64,000 nt of DNA from a virus. Made by a program: the position numbers and the translations under genes. Under the pieces are notes generated by a model. The model searched no databases and had not been told where the DNA came from. It saw nothing but the letters and a program-made list of their open reading frames with translations. The stretch spans positions 32,001 through 96,000 of the IMG/VR virus record IMGVR_UViG_3300029891_000001, one strand, 5' to 3'. Numbering within the stretch: the first letter of the stretch is position 1; the number at the start of each line of letters is the position of its first letter. Below, in pieces: positions 38,683 to 48,234 of this stretch.

Positions 38683-41600
38683 TTATTTTAAAATCTCATC
38701 TTTATTATCTATATTTCTTATTTTATAGTTATTAAAAGAAAAAGTTTTTAAAGAATAATTTTCCAATCTAAGTCTTTTAATAACTTCTTTTTCAACATTT
38801 AACTTCTTCAAATCACTATATTTAGCTCCAATTGTTCTAATGATAGCTTGCTTTATTATTGGGCTATAAAAATCAGCTAAAAAGAAAGCAGCGACATTAG
38901 ATATACTAATTATTACTTTCTTATATCCACTTAAATCACTGGCTAATCTTGCTATCTGTAAATAAGATACGGATAAAATATTGTTTAACCTTATAAAAAA
39001 CTCCTTATTAACCTCTAAAATCTGGCTGATTCTATCTGAACCAGTAGCTTCTAATATAATGTCATTTGATAATTTAATTAACAAAGATTTGTCTGAATTA
39101 GAAGACATTGCGATTCTAGAAGAAACTATTTTAGAAATTGGAATAAAGTTTGGCAATCTTATATTGGTAATTTTATTCAAACTTAAATCTTCAGAAAGTC
39201 TAATTGTTTGACTTCCTTGAAAATCTATAATATTGCTAACTAATTCTGTTTCTTTTTTATCTAATTCTAATAAAGAACAAATTCTATAAAAATCATTAGA
39301 AATCAAAGAAGACCAACAAGATAGTCTTTCTGAATATATTTTATCTAAATTTAAGCCCTCAGCAATTTTAGAATATAATGTTTTTTCTGTAGATATTTCA
39401 TGATTTAATCTTATATTTAATGATTTATCGCTCAATATTATTTGAGCCATTTTTTCATAATTTGTAGCTTCTAAATTAAGAATATCAGACAATCTAATTG
39501 ATAAGAATTTATCTATTTCTAAATAATTAGCTAATCTATGAAAATCTTCTTTTTCTAATGGAACTTCTCCAATAATTCTAGTAATATCATATTTATTAAC
39601 ATCTAAAATATTGTGAAGTCTTTCTAATGGATTCCCTTCTAAGGGAATAATTCCAACTATTCTTTCTATTTCATGAATATCTTTATTCAAATCGTGGGCT
39701 ATTTTCATAAGCCCAATTTTGCTTAAAACTAAACTCTGAGCTAATTTTATATATATTATCTTACTAGATTTAATCATATGAGATAAAGTATTCGTAAGAA
39801 TCTTATTACCATTAATATCAGATACTATTTTTTCTGCTTCAATTTTATCTTTCTCTATAATAGAAGCTAGCCTTTGCTTCATAATTTTATCAATAAATAA
39901 AGCTTGACTAAATCTAATTCTTGTAATTTTGTTCTTGCTTATCTCATGCAAAAGTCTAACAACAGAGTATTTATCAGATACAAGGCCATTAGAAACAAAT
40001 CTCTCCAATAAAATTTTATCCCCAGATATTTCTTCAACTATTCTATCTGTCTCTGTTTTGTCTATATTTAGAATTGAAGATATCTTCTCTGTAAGTTTTT
40101 TATCACTAGCAAGATATTCAGCTAATTTTATAACATCTATTTTATCTAATGGAATTGTAGAACCAAGTCTATCTAAATCAATTTTGTCTCCATTTATTAA
40201 CATGGACAATCTATCAAAAGTAACATTGGCAGTAGGAATAGCATTATGAATTCTAGATATCATTTCTTTATTAGATGTTAAATCATGGCATACAAGAACG
40301 ACTCTTTGGAAAGATGTTTCAGCTTCATTGGCTATAGAATAAATATCTTTTTTATCTAAAACGGCCATCATTAAAAGTCTGATCAAAATAAATTTATCTA
40401 CATTTAATTCTTGAGCAACTCTAGATATTTCTGTATCTTCTAGGGATAAATTATTTACAATCTTTTCTTTTAATATTTTATTGTTATCTAATGCAGAAAC
40501 TATTCTTTCATATTCATAAACATCTGAAGATAAAGAACCCGCTAATCTCTCTATAGAATATTTATCTGCTACAATAGCTCCAACAATAGTAGCTGTTATA
40601 AACTTGTCAGACAATAAAGTATTAACTAATAGTGTTTTAGAATATTTATTAGATACAATGGCATTATATAATCTTGTAACAACTTCTTTATCTGAACTTA
40701 TTTTATGCAAAAGTCTAACAACAGAGTATTTATCAGAAATAAGATCGTTAGAAATAAACCTCTCCAATAAAATTTTATCAACTAAAATTTCTTCAGCTAT
40801 TCTATTTATTTCTGTTTTATCGGCATCTAAAATCGAAGATATATTCTCTATGAGAATTTTGTCTCCATTAATATCAGATACTATTTTTTCTATTTTAATT
40901 TTATCTTTTTCAATGATGGAAGTTAATCTTTGTTTCAAAGTCTTATCAATAGATAAAATTTGGCTGAATCTATCTCTTATAATTTTATTAGCCACTATAT
41001 CATTAACTATCTTTGTAGCTTCTATTTTGTCTCCAACAATAGCAAAAACAAGTCTCTCTAGTCTTATCTTTTTATTTTCTGTATCATGTACTATTCTTTC
41101 TTGAGAATACTTGTCAGAAACTATTTCTGTACTTAAACGAGAATGTCTTAAATAATGAGTTTGCAAATCATCAACAATTCTACTTAAAACAATTTTATCA
41201 GCACTTAACATTAGAGAAAGAATTCTTTCTACTGTCGTTTTGTTTCCAGATACTTCACTAGATATTCTTTCTCCCCTATGAATATCTGCAATAATTTCTT
41301 CAGCTATTTTAACAGCACCTAATTTATTTTTATTTATATCTTGAGCAATTCGAATATCTCTATGATATCTTATAGACGCCATATTAGATAAATGAGCAAA
41401 CCCTACTGCGGCCTCACCTTCTTCTTCATCAGTATTCGCTAAAAATACTTTACCATATGGGAAACTTTGTCCTAATGGCTCTTCGTTCCCACTATCGTTC
41501 CAAACAACAAAAGTATCATAACAATAATTTGGGCCATTTTGATTAGCTACATATCTAATGGTATCAAATTGGTACATACCACTATCTCTGTTAACCCCAA

Positions 41601-44600
41601 GAGCTGAATTATCAACCCAACAAGAAACTCCATTATTATTAACTCTTATTAAAAGATCATGATATTGACCACTTATATTGCGATAAACATCTCCCCACCA
41701 AGCTTCTGCAGTGGACATTTGAAATCTTGTTGAATAAGCTCTTACTCTTACAAATTTTTTGCTATCAGCACTATCAAACAATTCTATATAAAATATACCA
41801 GCCCCTTCTTTCCATATTTTACAATTAAACCAAGCATTAACAAATGGAATATCAAACTCTCTGTATAAAGTATTCCCAGTTACAACAAATCCATCTGTTC
41901 TTAGAAAACTATCTCCAGACCACAACTTATTAGTATGGGCACTTGTCCATGCAGCCATATCATTCGCATTAATAACTTTAAATTTACTAGCAGTTCCCTT
42001 CCATCCAGAATCAGCAGAAGCAGTAATATAACTATTACTTACATAAGATTCAAAATTTTCATAATATGGAATTACGCTAGACACATCTCTTTTTGGGTTA
42101 GTAGCTGCTCCATTACCATAATAAATATAATAAACATGATGAGCATTAGAAGAAGCATTGGTAGGAATATAAGTATCTATCGGAAAAATAATATTAGTAT
42201 CTTCACCTTGAAATCTATCTGGTAATCTGTTTAATTCGTGGAAAGAATATTCTCCATTATATAAACTATGTCTTACAATTCTTACATCATCTCCATCATT
42301 TTGAACAAATGGATAATATTTATCATTATAAATATACATTTTTCTGCCACGACATAAAAATATCAATCTACCCTGTGGACAAGCTGTTGGAAGTACAGAC
42401 ATCATTCCAGCACCAAATCCAGTATTTTTAGTCATATAACCATAAGTCCATTCTTCTCCAAGATTATTTCCTACATATCTGTACATTTCTCCACCAAAAT
42501 ATTCTTCAGAATCTACATTTTCTGGTTTTGCGAAAAAATAAACATAAGTTTTATTTTCATCAAGATATAAATGACTTCCTTGTCTATATCTAAACATTTG
42601 AGGCCCACCAATATCCTTTTGCAAATTTAGATCTATCCAATCAGTCCCATTCCATTTAGCGTAATGTAAATCACACATTTCACCAATATAATTATACCAT
42701 TCTTGATATAAAAAGTGAGGTCTATTATTTTGATCAATAGCAAGAGCTTCTGTATTAGTATGTTTATAAGGACCTTGATTTGGGAAATTTCCAAAACTAG
42801 AAGTAGCAACAAATTGGTCTGCTTCCTCAACAGCTTTATAAGTTAAAGCACTAGCAGTAGTACAAGCTAATGTCCCATCGGCATAATACCAACTATTAAA
42901 ATCGTCGCTATATATATAACTAATAGCTCTTCCTTTATTGGCAGATTGATAATAATCCCAAAAAGTATTTACTAAATGCATTCTATTATTTATATAAACA
43001 GCTCCACCACAATACATAGATCCAGACCCACCATAGTTATCAGCATAATCTATAATCACATCTGGAGTAGAGACAAAAGAAAATCCATCTGGAGAGTAAT
43101 ATTGTGCATATTGAGCTGGTTCTCCCAAAATATCGTGCTTTCTAGCGAATAACCAATATGCCCCGCTGCTATCTTCAATAAGTCTTGGATAAGTCAATTC
43201 TCCACCAACATTAACTGGCGCTTTCCATGTATCAATAATTCCAGGAGTATTACTCACAAACATTCTAAATACACTACCATGATTGCCTACTACAACGCGA
43301 ACATATCCATCACTTCCAATATGAATATATGGATAATGATGTGAATCATAAGAAGTTAAAGAATTTGCTATATCATATGTTACATCCCATGTAGCAGAAT
43401 CATAACTATATCTACTTACATATATATGATAATTAGCTCCAGCACTATACCCCAACCAAGCAACATAAGCACTATTATTATGAAAAGCTATTTGTCTGCT
43501 AGAATGTTCTATCCCCTCATTCAAAACACAATTAGCTGTAGGAACAGTAATTTCGTACCCAGTAAATAGTTGTGTTCTCGCTATATCTCCTGGCTTAAAT
43601 AATTTATGATCTTCTGTAAAATTTATCTGTCTTCTTTTATACCAATTTTCGTCCCACCAAACAGAATCGCTATAATCGAAATCTTCAAAGCCTATTTTAT
43701 TTGAAATATTGTCGTATCTAAAATACCTCGGATTAGCTTCTTCTGAAACTTTATTAATTTCGAATTTTTGAACATCTAATGTATCAGAAATAATTTCAGT
43801 TCCATGATATCTGACTAGACTATCATGAACGATTCTTTCTTGGACATTTTTATACCCACTTAATTTATGAGATAATCTTCTAAAATATTTACCATTATCA
43901 GAAATTTCTATACACATACCATAGATATAAAAATAACTATAAGCAACTACGTGAGAATAAATTACAAGACTAAAATATATATTTTTTAACTGTGTTATAC
44001 TCATTCCAGTACAATCTATTATTCCAATAACTTCACCAGCTGTAGTCGGAGAACTAATTAAAGAAGACCACCCAGTAAATACACCACTACTTACCTTAAA
44101 ACGAAACAATAAATTACTTCCAACTGGAGTTTTAATAGTAGCTTTAAATTTTATAAATCTATTCGGAGCTATATATTTTTCACTCATTTCATCATTTAAT
44201 ATTCTAAAAATAATTGAAGCACCAGCTCTATTGGGGCTAAGATAAATTCTAACCCAATCATTAATAGTATCGGTAACTGGATAATCATCTAAATGCTCCC
44301 AATAATCGTCGGTAGTGCTTTTTGTCCAATTATTATAATAAGAATCAGTATCAAAGAAAATTGATTTATCTAAATAAAACCCATCAACATTATTACTTAG
44401 TCTCTTTCCATATCCCTTATGTTTATTTAAATCATGACTTAATCTTATATTCTCTTTCGCAATTAAATCTGTCTCATGAGATAATCTAATTTTAGTCGCA
44501 GCAACAGTATCATAATCAATTACTAATCTTAAAGCAGTAACCCTTTCAAAATCTAACTTACCACCACCATTAAGGGCTATTAAACCTCCGTAAAAATTAG

Positions 44601-45006
44601 CAGCAAAATCAATCGGACCGACAATAGTTTCCCAAGATTCTCCAGATGGGTTAAGAATTGGTAAAGTAGTTGTTGCATAAGTAGTTATAGCAGCTGCAGA
44701 AGAACCATATCCAGTTTGTCCAGATAGATTTTTTAATAATGGTTGAATTCTAAGACCACTAAGAGTACTAGTTTGTCTATGTCTAACTGTAGCCTTTACA
44801 GAAACAATCTTCTTACCAGAAGGGATAGTAAAAGATTCAAATTTAAACCAATCTATATTAACACTGCCTTTATCTTCTATATAAGTAGTATCGTCGTCAG
44901 CAGCACCAAAATTCCAATCATCTATCTTGTCATAATGGCTATCTCCTAATGGATTTAACCATGAGAGGGAAGAATCAGCAATTGGATCTATATATAAAAT
45001 AGTCAT
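38683..45006 (-). CDS. Giant (2107 aa) virion appendage protein: beta domains, DUF2341-like domain with inserted BNR/sialidase-like propeller, ~60 x 14-aa repeat stalk
   Basis: WWDENWYKRRQI...DGDDVRIV...YYIYYGN (DUF2341-like); DSHHYP..DGY..GNHGS, LTYPRL, YSPDG, YSDDFNSW (BNR-like); R-h-x3-h-x2-D-K repeats. Confidence 0.65.
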   Translation of the reverse strand: MTILYIDPIADSSLSWLNPLGDSHYDKIDDWNFGAADDDTTYIEDKGSVNIDWFKFESFTIPSGKKIVSVKATVRHRQTSTLSGLRIQPLLKNLSGQTGYGSSAAAITTYATTTLPILNPSGESWETIVGPIDFAANFYGGLIALNGGGKLDFERVTALRLVIDYDTVAATKIRLSHETDLIAKENIRLSHDLNKHKGYGKRLSNNVDGFYLDKSIFFDTDSYYNNWTKSTTDDYWEHLDDYPVTDTINDWVRIYLSPNRAGASIIFRILNDEMSEKYIAPNRFIKFKATIKTPVGSNLLFRFKVSSGVFTGWSSLISSPTTAGEVIGIIDCTGMSITQLKNIYFSLVIYSHVVAYSYFYIYGMCIEISDNGKYFRRLSHKLSGYKNVQERIVHDSLVRYHGTEIISDTLDVQKFEINKVSEEANPRYFRYDNISNKIGFEDFDYSDSVWWDENWYKRRQINFTEDHKLFKPGDIARTQLFTGYEITVPTANCVLNEGIEHSSRQIAFHNNSAYVAWLGYSAGANYHIYVSRYSYDSATWDVTYDIANSLTSYDSHHYPYIHIGSDGYVRVVVGNHGSVFRMFVSNTPGIIDTWKAPVNVGGELTYPRLIEDSSGAYWLFARKHDILGEPAQYAQYYSPDGFSFVSTPDVIIDYADNYGGSGSMYCGGAVYINNRMHLVNTFWDYYQSANKGRAISYIYSDDFNSWYYADGTLACTTASALTYKAVEEADQFVATSSFGNFPNQGPYKHTNTEALAIDQNNRPHFLYQEWYNYIGEMCDLHYAKWNGTDWIDLNLQKDIGGPQMFRYRQGSHLYLDENKTYVYFFAKPENVDSEEYFGGEMYRYVGNNLGEEWTYGYMTKNTGFGAGMMSVLPTACPQGRLIFLCRGRKMYIYNDKYYPFVQNDGDDVRIVRHSLYNGEYSFHELNRLPDRFQGEDTNIIFPIDTYIPTNASSNAHHVYYIYYGNGAATNPKRDVSSVIPYYENFESYVSNSYITASADSGWKGTASKFKVINANDMAAWTSAHTNKLWSGDSFLRTDGFVVTGNTLYREFDIPFVNAWFNCKIWKEGAGIFYIELFDSADSKKFVRVRAYSTRFQMSTAEAWWGDVYRNISGQYHDLLIRVNNNGVSCWVDNSALGVNRDSGMYQFDTIRYVANQNGPNYCYDTFVVWNDSGNEEPLGQSFPYGKVFLANTDEEEGEAAVGFAHLSNMASIRYHRDIRIAQDINKNKLGAVKIAEEIIADIHRGERISSEVSGNKTTVERILSLMLSADKIVLSRIVDDLQTHYLRHSRLSTEIVSDKYSQERIVHDTENKKIRLERLVFAIVGDKIEATKIVNDIVANKIIRDRFSQILSIDKTLKQRLTSIIEKDKIKIEKIVSDINGDKILIENISSILDADKTEINRIAEEILVDKILLERFISNDLISDKYSVVRLLHKISSDKEVVTRLYNAIVSNKYSKTLLVNTLLSDKFITATIVGAIVADKYSIERLAGSLSSDVYEYERIVSALDNNKILKEKIVNNLSLEDTEISRVAQELNVDKFILIRLLMMAVLDKKDIYSIANEAETSFQRVVLVCHDLTSNKEMISRIHNAIPTANVTFDRLSMLINGDKIDLDRLGSTIPLDKIDVIKLAEYLASDKKLTEKISSILNIDKTETDRIVEEISGDKILLERFVSNGLVSDKYSVVRLLHEISKNKITRIRFSQALFIDKIMKQRLASIIEKDKIEAEKIVSDINGNKILTNTLSHMIKSSKIIYIKLAQSLVLSKIGLMKIAHDLNKDIHEIERIVGIIPLEGNPLERLHNILDVNKYDITRIIGEVPLEKEDFHRLANYLEIDKFLSIRLSDILNLEATNYEKMAQIILSDKSLNIRLNHEISTEKTLYSKIAEGLNLDKIYSERLSCWSSLISNDFYRICSLLELDKKETELVSNIIDFQGSQTIRLSEDLSLNKITNIRLPNFIPISKIVSSRIAMSSNSDKSLLIKLSNDIILEATGSDRISQILEVNKEFFIRLNNILSVSYLQIARLASDLSGYKKVIISISNVAAFFLADFYSPIIKQAIIRTIGAKYSDLKKLNVEKEVIKRLRLENYSLKTFSFNNYKIRNIDNKDEILK
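38900..41375 (-). repeat. Degenerate 42-bp (14-aa) coding repeat array
   Basis: e.g. RFSQILSIDKTLKQ/RLTSIIEKDKIKIE/KIVSDINGDKILIE; 33-nt exact duplicate at 39946-39978 and 40705-40737. Confidence 0.8.
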
Positions 45007-45384
45007 TTATTTCCACGTTAAAAAATTAACTTTAAGTTCTTTCGTATTCAAGTCAATACAATAAACGGTTTTTATTTTGTCTAAAGTAACAACTACTACT
45101 TCTATTTTTTCATATATTATTAGCCGTTTTATAGAAGCGTCTTTATTAGAATCCCACATATCCTCATATGGTATAGACCAAATTTGTTTATGCAATATTC
45201 TCATATTTGGCTTATTTACAATAGAAAAAGCCGGCAAACTATGATCTGTTACCGGCTTAAACAATATTTTATAAATGTCTTCTTCTAAATTTATTTCACT
45301 AATGTCTTTGTTTCCATAAGAAACTTTATTAAATTGATTTCTATTATATTTAAAAATAGTCCATTCATATTGAAAAACGGACAT
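45007..45384 (-). CDS. Hypothetical protein
   Basis: Tightly coupled ORF in the structural operon. Confidence 0.6.
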   Translation of the reverse strand: MSVFQYEWTIFKYNRNQFNKVSYGNKDISEINLEEDIYKILFKPVTDHSLPAFSIVNKPNMRILHKQIWSIPYEDMWDSNKDASIKRLIIYEKIEVVVVTLDKIKTVYCIDLNTKELKVNFLTWK

Positions 45385-45953
45385 TATATACCACTTGGAA
45401 CCTTAGAAATTGGCTCTTTAAACCCTTCTAAATATTCTTCTTCTAATTCAATAATTTTACTGTCACAATAAGAAGATAAAGTAGCAGAATAGTCATTATC
45501 TACAATATATTTTTTAATTCTTCTAACAGCGAAAAGACTATCCATATTAATAATATATTTTTTTAAATAGTCAATATCTTTACCATGTTCTTGAAAAAGC
45601 CTTTTTAGTTTATAATCACTTAAAGAGTTAAGATTAGATTCTTCTTCAGCTGTTTCTTCTTCTGTCTCTTCAACAATTTGCCCAATTTTAAAAGAAGTAG
45701 ATTTTAATAGCATCTTTCTTTCTTTAACTGTAATGTTATCTAAAATCCCTTCTCCAACAATTTTGCCATCAGAACCATCTTCTCTAATAAAATAGAAAGC
45801 ACCTGGCAAAAGATTTCTAAAAATAAAATATTCTTTTTGTTCTACTAAAACAACATGTTTTTCGCCATCAGAGTCTTGAAAAACTTTAGCAGACATGTCT
45901 GGATTTTTTACAACAGACTTAATTTTAGTCTGTTTATTCTTTTTTTCTTTCAT
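45384..45953 (-). CDS. Hypothetical protein downstream of the capsid gene
   Basis: AAAGGT SD; typical post-capsid position. Confidence 0.65.
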   Translation of the reverse strand: MKEKKNKQTKIKSVVKNPDMSAKVFQDSDGEKHVVLVEQKEYFIFRNLLPGAFYFIREDGSDGKIVGEGILDNITVKERKMLLKSTSFKIGQIVEETEEETAEEESNLNSLSDYKLKRLFQEHGKDIDYLKKYIINMDSLFAVRRIKKYIVDNDYSATLSSYCDSKIIELEEEYLEGFKEPISKVPSGI

Positions 45954-45968
45954 TTCTTACCTTTCTGG

Positions 45969-45987
45969 TGTGGGCATAAAGCCCACA
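45969..45987 (-). promoter_or_regulatory. Hairpin just after the major capsid stop (mRNA stabiliser or weak terminator)
   Basis: TGTGGGC-5 nt-GCCCACA perfect inverted repeat, no U tract. Confidence 0.55.
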
Positions 45988-45996
45988 TTATATAGT

Positions 45997-46911
45997 TTAA
46001 GGAAGAATACGAATTCGGAACATTCTCTCAGGAAAGAAAACACCGACACCCATTTTCATATAAAGATGAATGTGCCAAATAAGATTATCAACATCAATCG
46101 TTTGCTGTGAACGCAACTCTTGGCTTACAACATAGCGACCAACATCTTTACCGATAATCATGACATTTCCTTCGTCAATAGTAACTTTACCAAATCCGTC
46201 TCGCCACTGTGTTAAACCAATAACAGGAATTCCACGATAGCTAGGAATTTTACCACCCTTAAGAACATTGTCTTTCATAGTATCAGAAAAGACTCCAGTA
46301 TCAGCAGTGCCCGAAGTCCCGAAATCTAACATTCTATATAAAACATTTCTACGTCCTACAATAGCTACAGCTCCACCAACTTGGTCTTCAACCCAGTTAA
46401 TACCATCATTCAAAGAACTCATAGTTAAAGCTCCACTAGAAGTAGTGTAGTTTCTAGCTGTAGGAGAAACAGACCCAATAATAGTATTCCAAACACGAGC
46501 ATTTATAGCCCCCTGAATAGCTTCTTGAGCTGCAGTTATCTGAGTCTGCATACTTCCGTATCTACCAGACTCAAGCTGTCCCAGTTCATATTCAGGATGC
46601 GCAGATAACATACTCGTCGGAATAGTGAACACACGATTGACCATCTGGGTTCTAGGAGCATAAGAACCAGGTTCATGCCAGTAAGCTTTAAGTTTACCAG
46701 GAAGAGAATATTCAGCAGTCTGCCCGATAGGAATAAACTCTTTAGGTAAAATCAGCGAAGCAATATCCTGGAGAGCTATAGCATCACTAATAAACTTAAC
46801 AATCTTAACAGCCATCTCTCGCCTAGTCTCTTCTGCCGCTAGCCCATATTGCATAGCTTTAGAGAAAGCTTGGGTCAATTCTTGTTCAGTCATTTTTGTT
46901 TTTTCACCCAT
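45997..46911 (-). CDS. Major capsid protein (HK97 fold)
   Basis: 304 aa; GGAGGT SD; follows protease/scaffold and decoration genes; G.IPSYRGIPVI, NVMIIG, MGVGVFFP patterns; codon usage suggests high expression. Confidence 0.8.
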   Translation of the reverse strand: MGEKTKMTEQELTQAFSKAMQYGLAAEETRREMAVKIVKFISDAIALQDIASLILPKEFIPIGQTAEYSLPGKLKAYWHEPGSYAPRTQMVNRVFTIPTSMLSAHPEYELGQLESGRYGSMQTQITAAQEAIQGAINARVWNTIIGSVSPTARNYTTSSGALTMSSLNDGINWVEDQVGGAVAIVGRRNVLYRMLDFGTSGTADTGVFSDTMKDNVLKGGKIPSYRGIPVIGLTQWRDGFGKVTIDEGNVMIIGKDVGRYVVSQELRSQQTIDVDNLIWHIHLYMKMGVGVFFPERMFRIRILP

Positions 46912-46948
46912 TATTAATTGACCTCCAAAAATATTAAAAAATTAACAA

Positions 46949-47614
46949 TTACGGCAACGCAGGAATGTCAGTACCGCCCCAAGCAGCACGACCTATTTTA
47001 CTATAAGGAATTCTAAATCTAATACGAGCATCAGCACTGGAACTACCGTGAATAGCAACGATGTCAGCTACCCAACCATTATCTGCTTGATAAGTACCCA
47101 AACTAAATCCAGCCGCTGAAGCAAATCCAACTAATTGACCCTGTTTAGAACCAAGAGAATACCTAGCAGATCCAGGAGCATGAGTAAGAACAGCAGAAAC
47201 ATATCCTTTTCGAACTCCCAATGTCGATAAAGTAGTAGAAGTACCAGGAATATTAATAGCACTACCATACGAAGAAGAATAATTTTCTAAAGTAGCCCAA
47301 TAAGCACAAGTTAACCCAAACGCAGAAGGATACCACTGATCAGTTTCATATTCTCCACCTTCATAATAAATACAACCACTACCAGAAGGGATTTTATCGA
47401 TTGCAGCTGAAGTATCTCCATAATCAGCAGGATAGTAAAGTTTATTAACGGGATAAACAGCACCCCAAGCTTGAGGGGAACTATAAGGAACTCTTAAAAT
47501 AGCTTCACCAGTTGAATTAATAGCAGAGATATAACAAAACATACCCCTGTAAACAGTACTTCCAGCAATAACACCCTGACCTTGTCTAATTCCAGGGATT
47601 AATATTTCTAACAT
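46949..47614 (-). CDS. Capsid decoration/cement protein
   Basis: Between scaffold and capsid genes; IPSGSGCIYYEGGEYETDQW; G/S/A-rich. Confidence 0.6.
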   Translation of the reverse strand: MLEILIPGIRQGQGVIAGSTVYRGMFCYISAINSTGEAILRVPYSSPQAWGAVYPVNKLYYPADYGDTSAAIDKIPSGSGCIYYEGGEYETDQWYPSAFGLTCAYWATLENYSSSYGSAINIPGTSTTLSTLGVRKGYVSAVLTHAPGSARYSLGSKQGQLVGFASAAGFSLGTYQADNGWVADIVAIHGSSSADARIRFRIPYSKIGRAAWGGTDIPALP

Positions 47615-47634
47615 AATAAATTTCCTCCTAATTC

Positions 47635-48234
47635 TTACTTACTTAAAATAGTATCTATAATAGCAAACTTGTCTTCTGTTTCTTCATTTTCTATTAAATT
47701 AGCAACAGCTTCATTATCTTTCTTAGATTCGTCAACAATATCAGCCTTCGAATCATCTTTCTTATCTACTTTCTTGTCTGTAGATTTTTTCTTGTCTTCA
47801 GCAAGTTTCTTTTTCTCTTCTTCTTTCTTTATTTCTTCTTTAGAAAGAAACTTAGCTTCACCGATTTCTTTAGCCTTAACTAAAACGCTCTTAAAGCTAG
47901 CAAAAGCCTCATCTGACATTTCTTTAATGGTCTGCTTAATCTTGATCAATTCATCTCCATCAAAAGTCAAACCAGCATTAGAAAGCTCTGAATATCTAGC
48001 TTCAGCATTTTTTTCTGCTTCAATATTTTTCTTATAATCTTCAAGCTCTTTAGCTACTGCTTCTTTTTCTTTAGAAATTTTAGTATTATCTTCTTTAATG
48101 TTCTTAATCTCTTCTTTTAAAGAAGCAATAGTAGTTTCAGATTCTTTGATCTTATCACCATTCTTAACTTTATCTATTTCAGTAGCTAAAGCCTTATCGA
48201 ACTCTTCTTTAGTCTTATAGACTTCTTGTGTCAT
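47635..48234 (-). CDS. Nested in-frame scaffold protein (internal start Met414, 199 aa)
   Basis: AAAGGAG SD then 8 nt to an in-frame ATG (EEKGEET-MTQE), exactly where the coiled coil starts. Confidence 0.6.
   Translation of the reverse strand: MTQEVYKTKEEFDKALATEIDKVKNGDKIKESETTIASLKEEIKNIKEDNTKISKEKEAVAKELEDYKKNIEAEKNAEARYSELSNAGLTFDGDELIKIKQTIKEMSDEAFASFKSVLVKAKEIGEAKFLSKEEIKKEEEKKKLAEDKKKSTDKKVDKKDDSKADIVDESKKDNEAVANLIENEETEDKFAIIDTILSK

Noticed and set aside
38900-41375. Repeats as a CRISPR array or DGR template/variable pair
   Set aside because: Repeats are degenerate in-frame coding units with no spacers; mismatches are not confined to adenines; no reverse transcriptase or cas operon in the window
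45997-47614. Raised GC in capsid and decoration genes as a foreign insert
   Set aside because: Explained by Gly/Ala-rich composition and high-expression codon bias in core, syntenic genes
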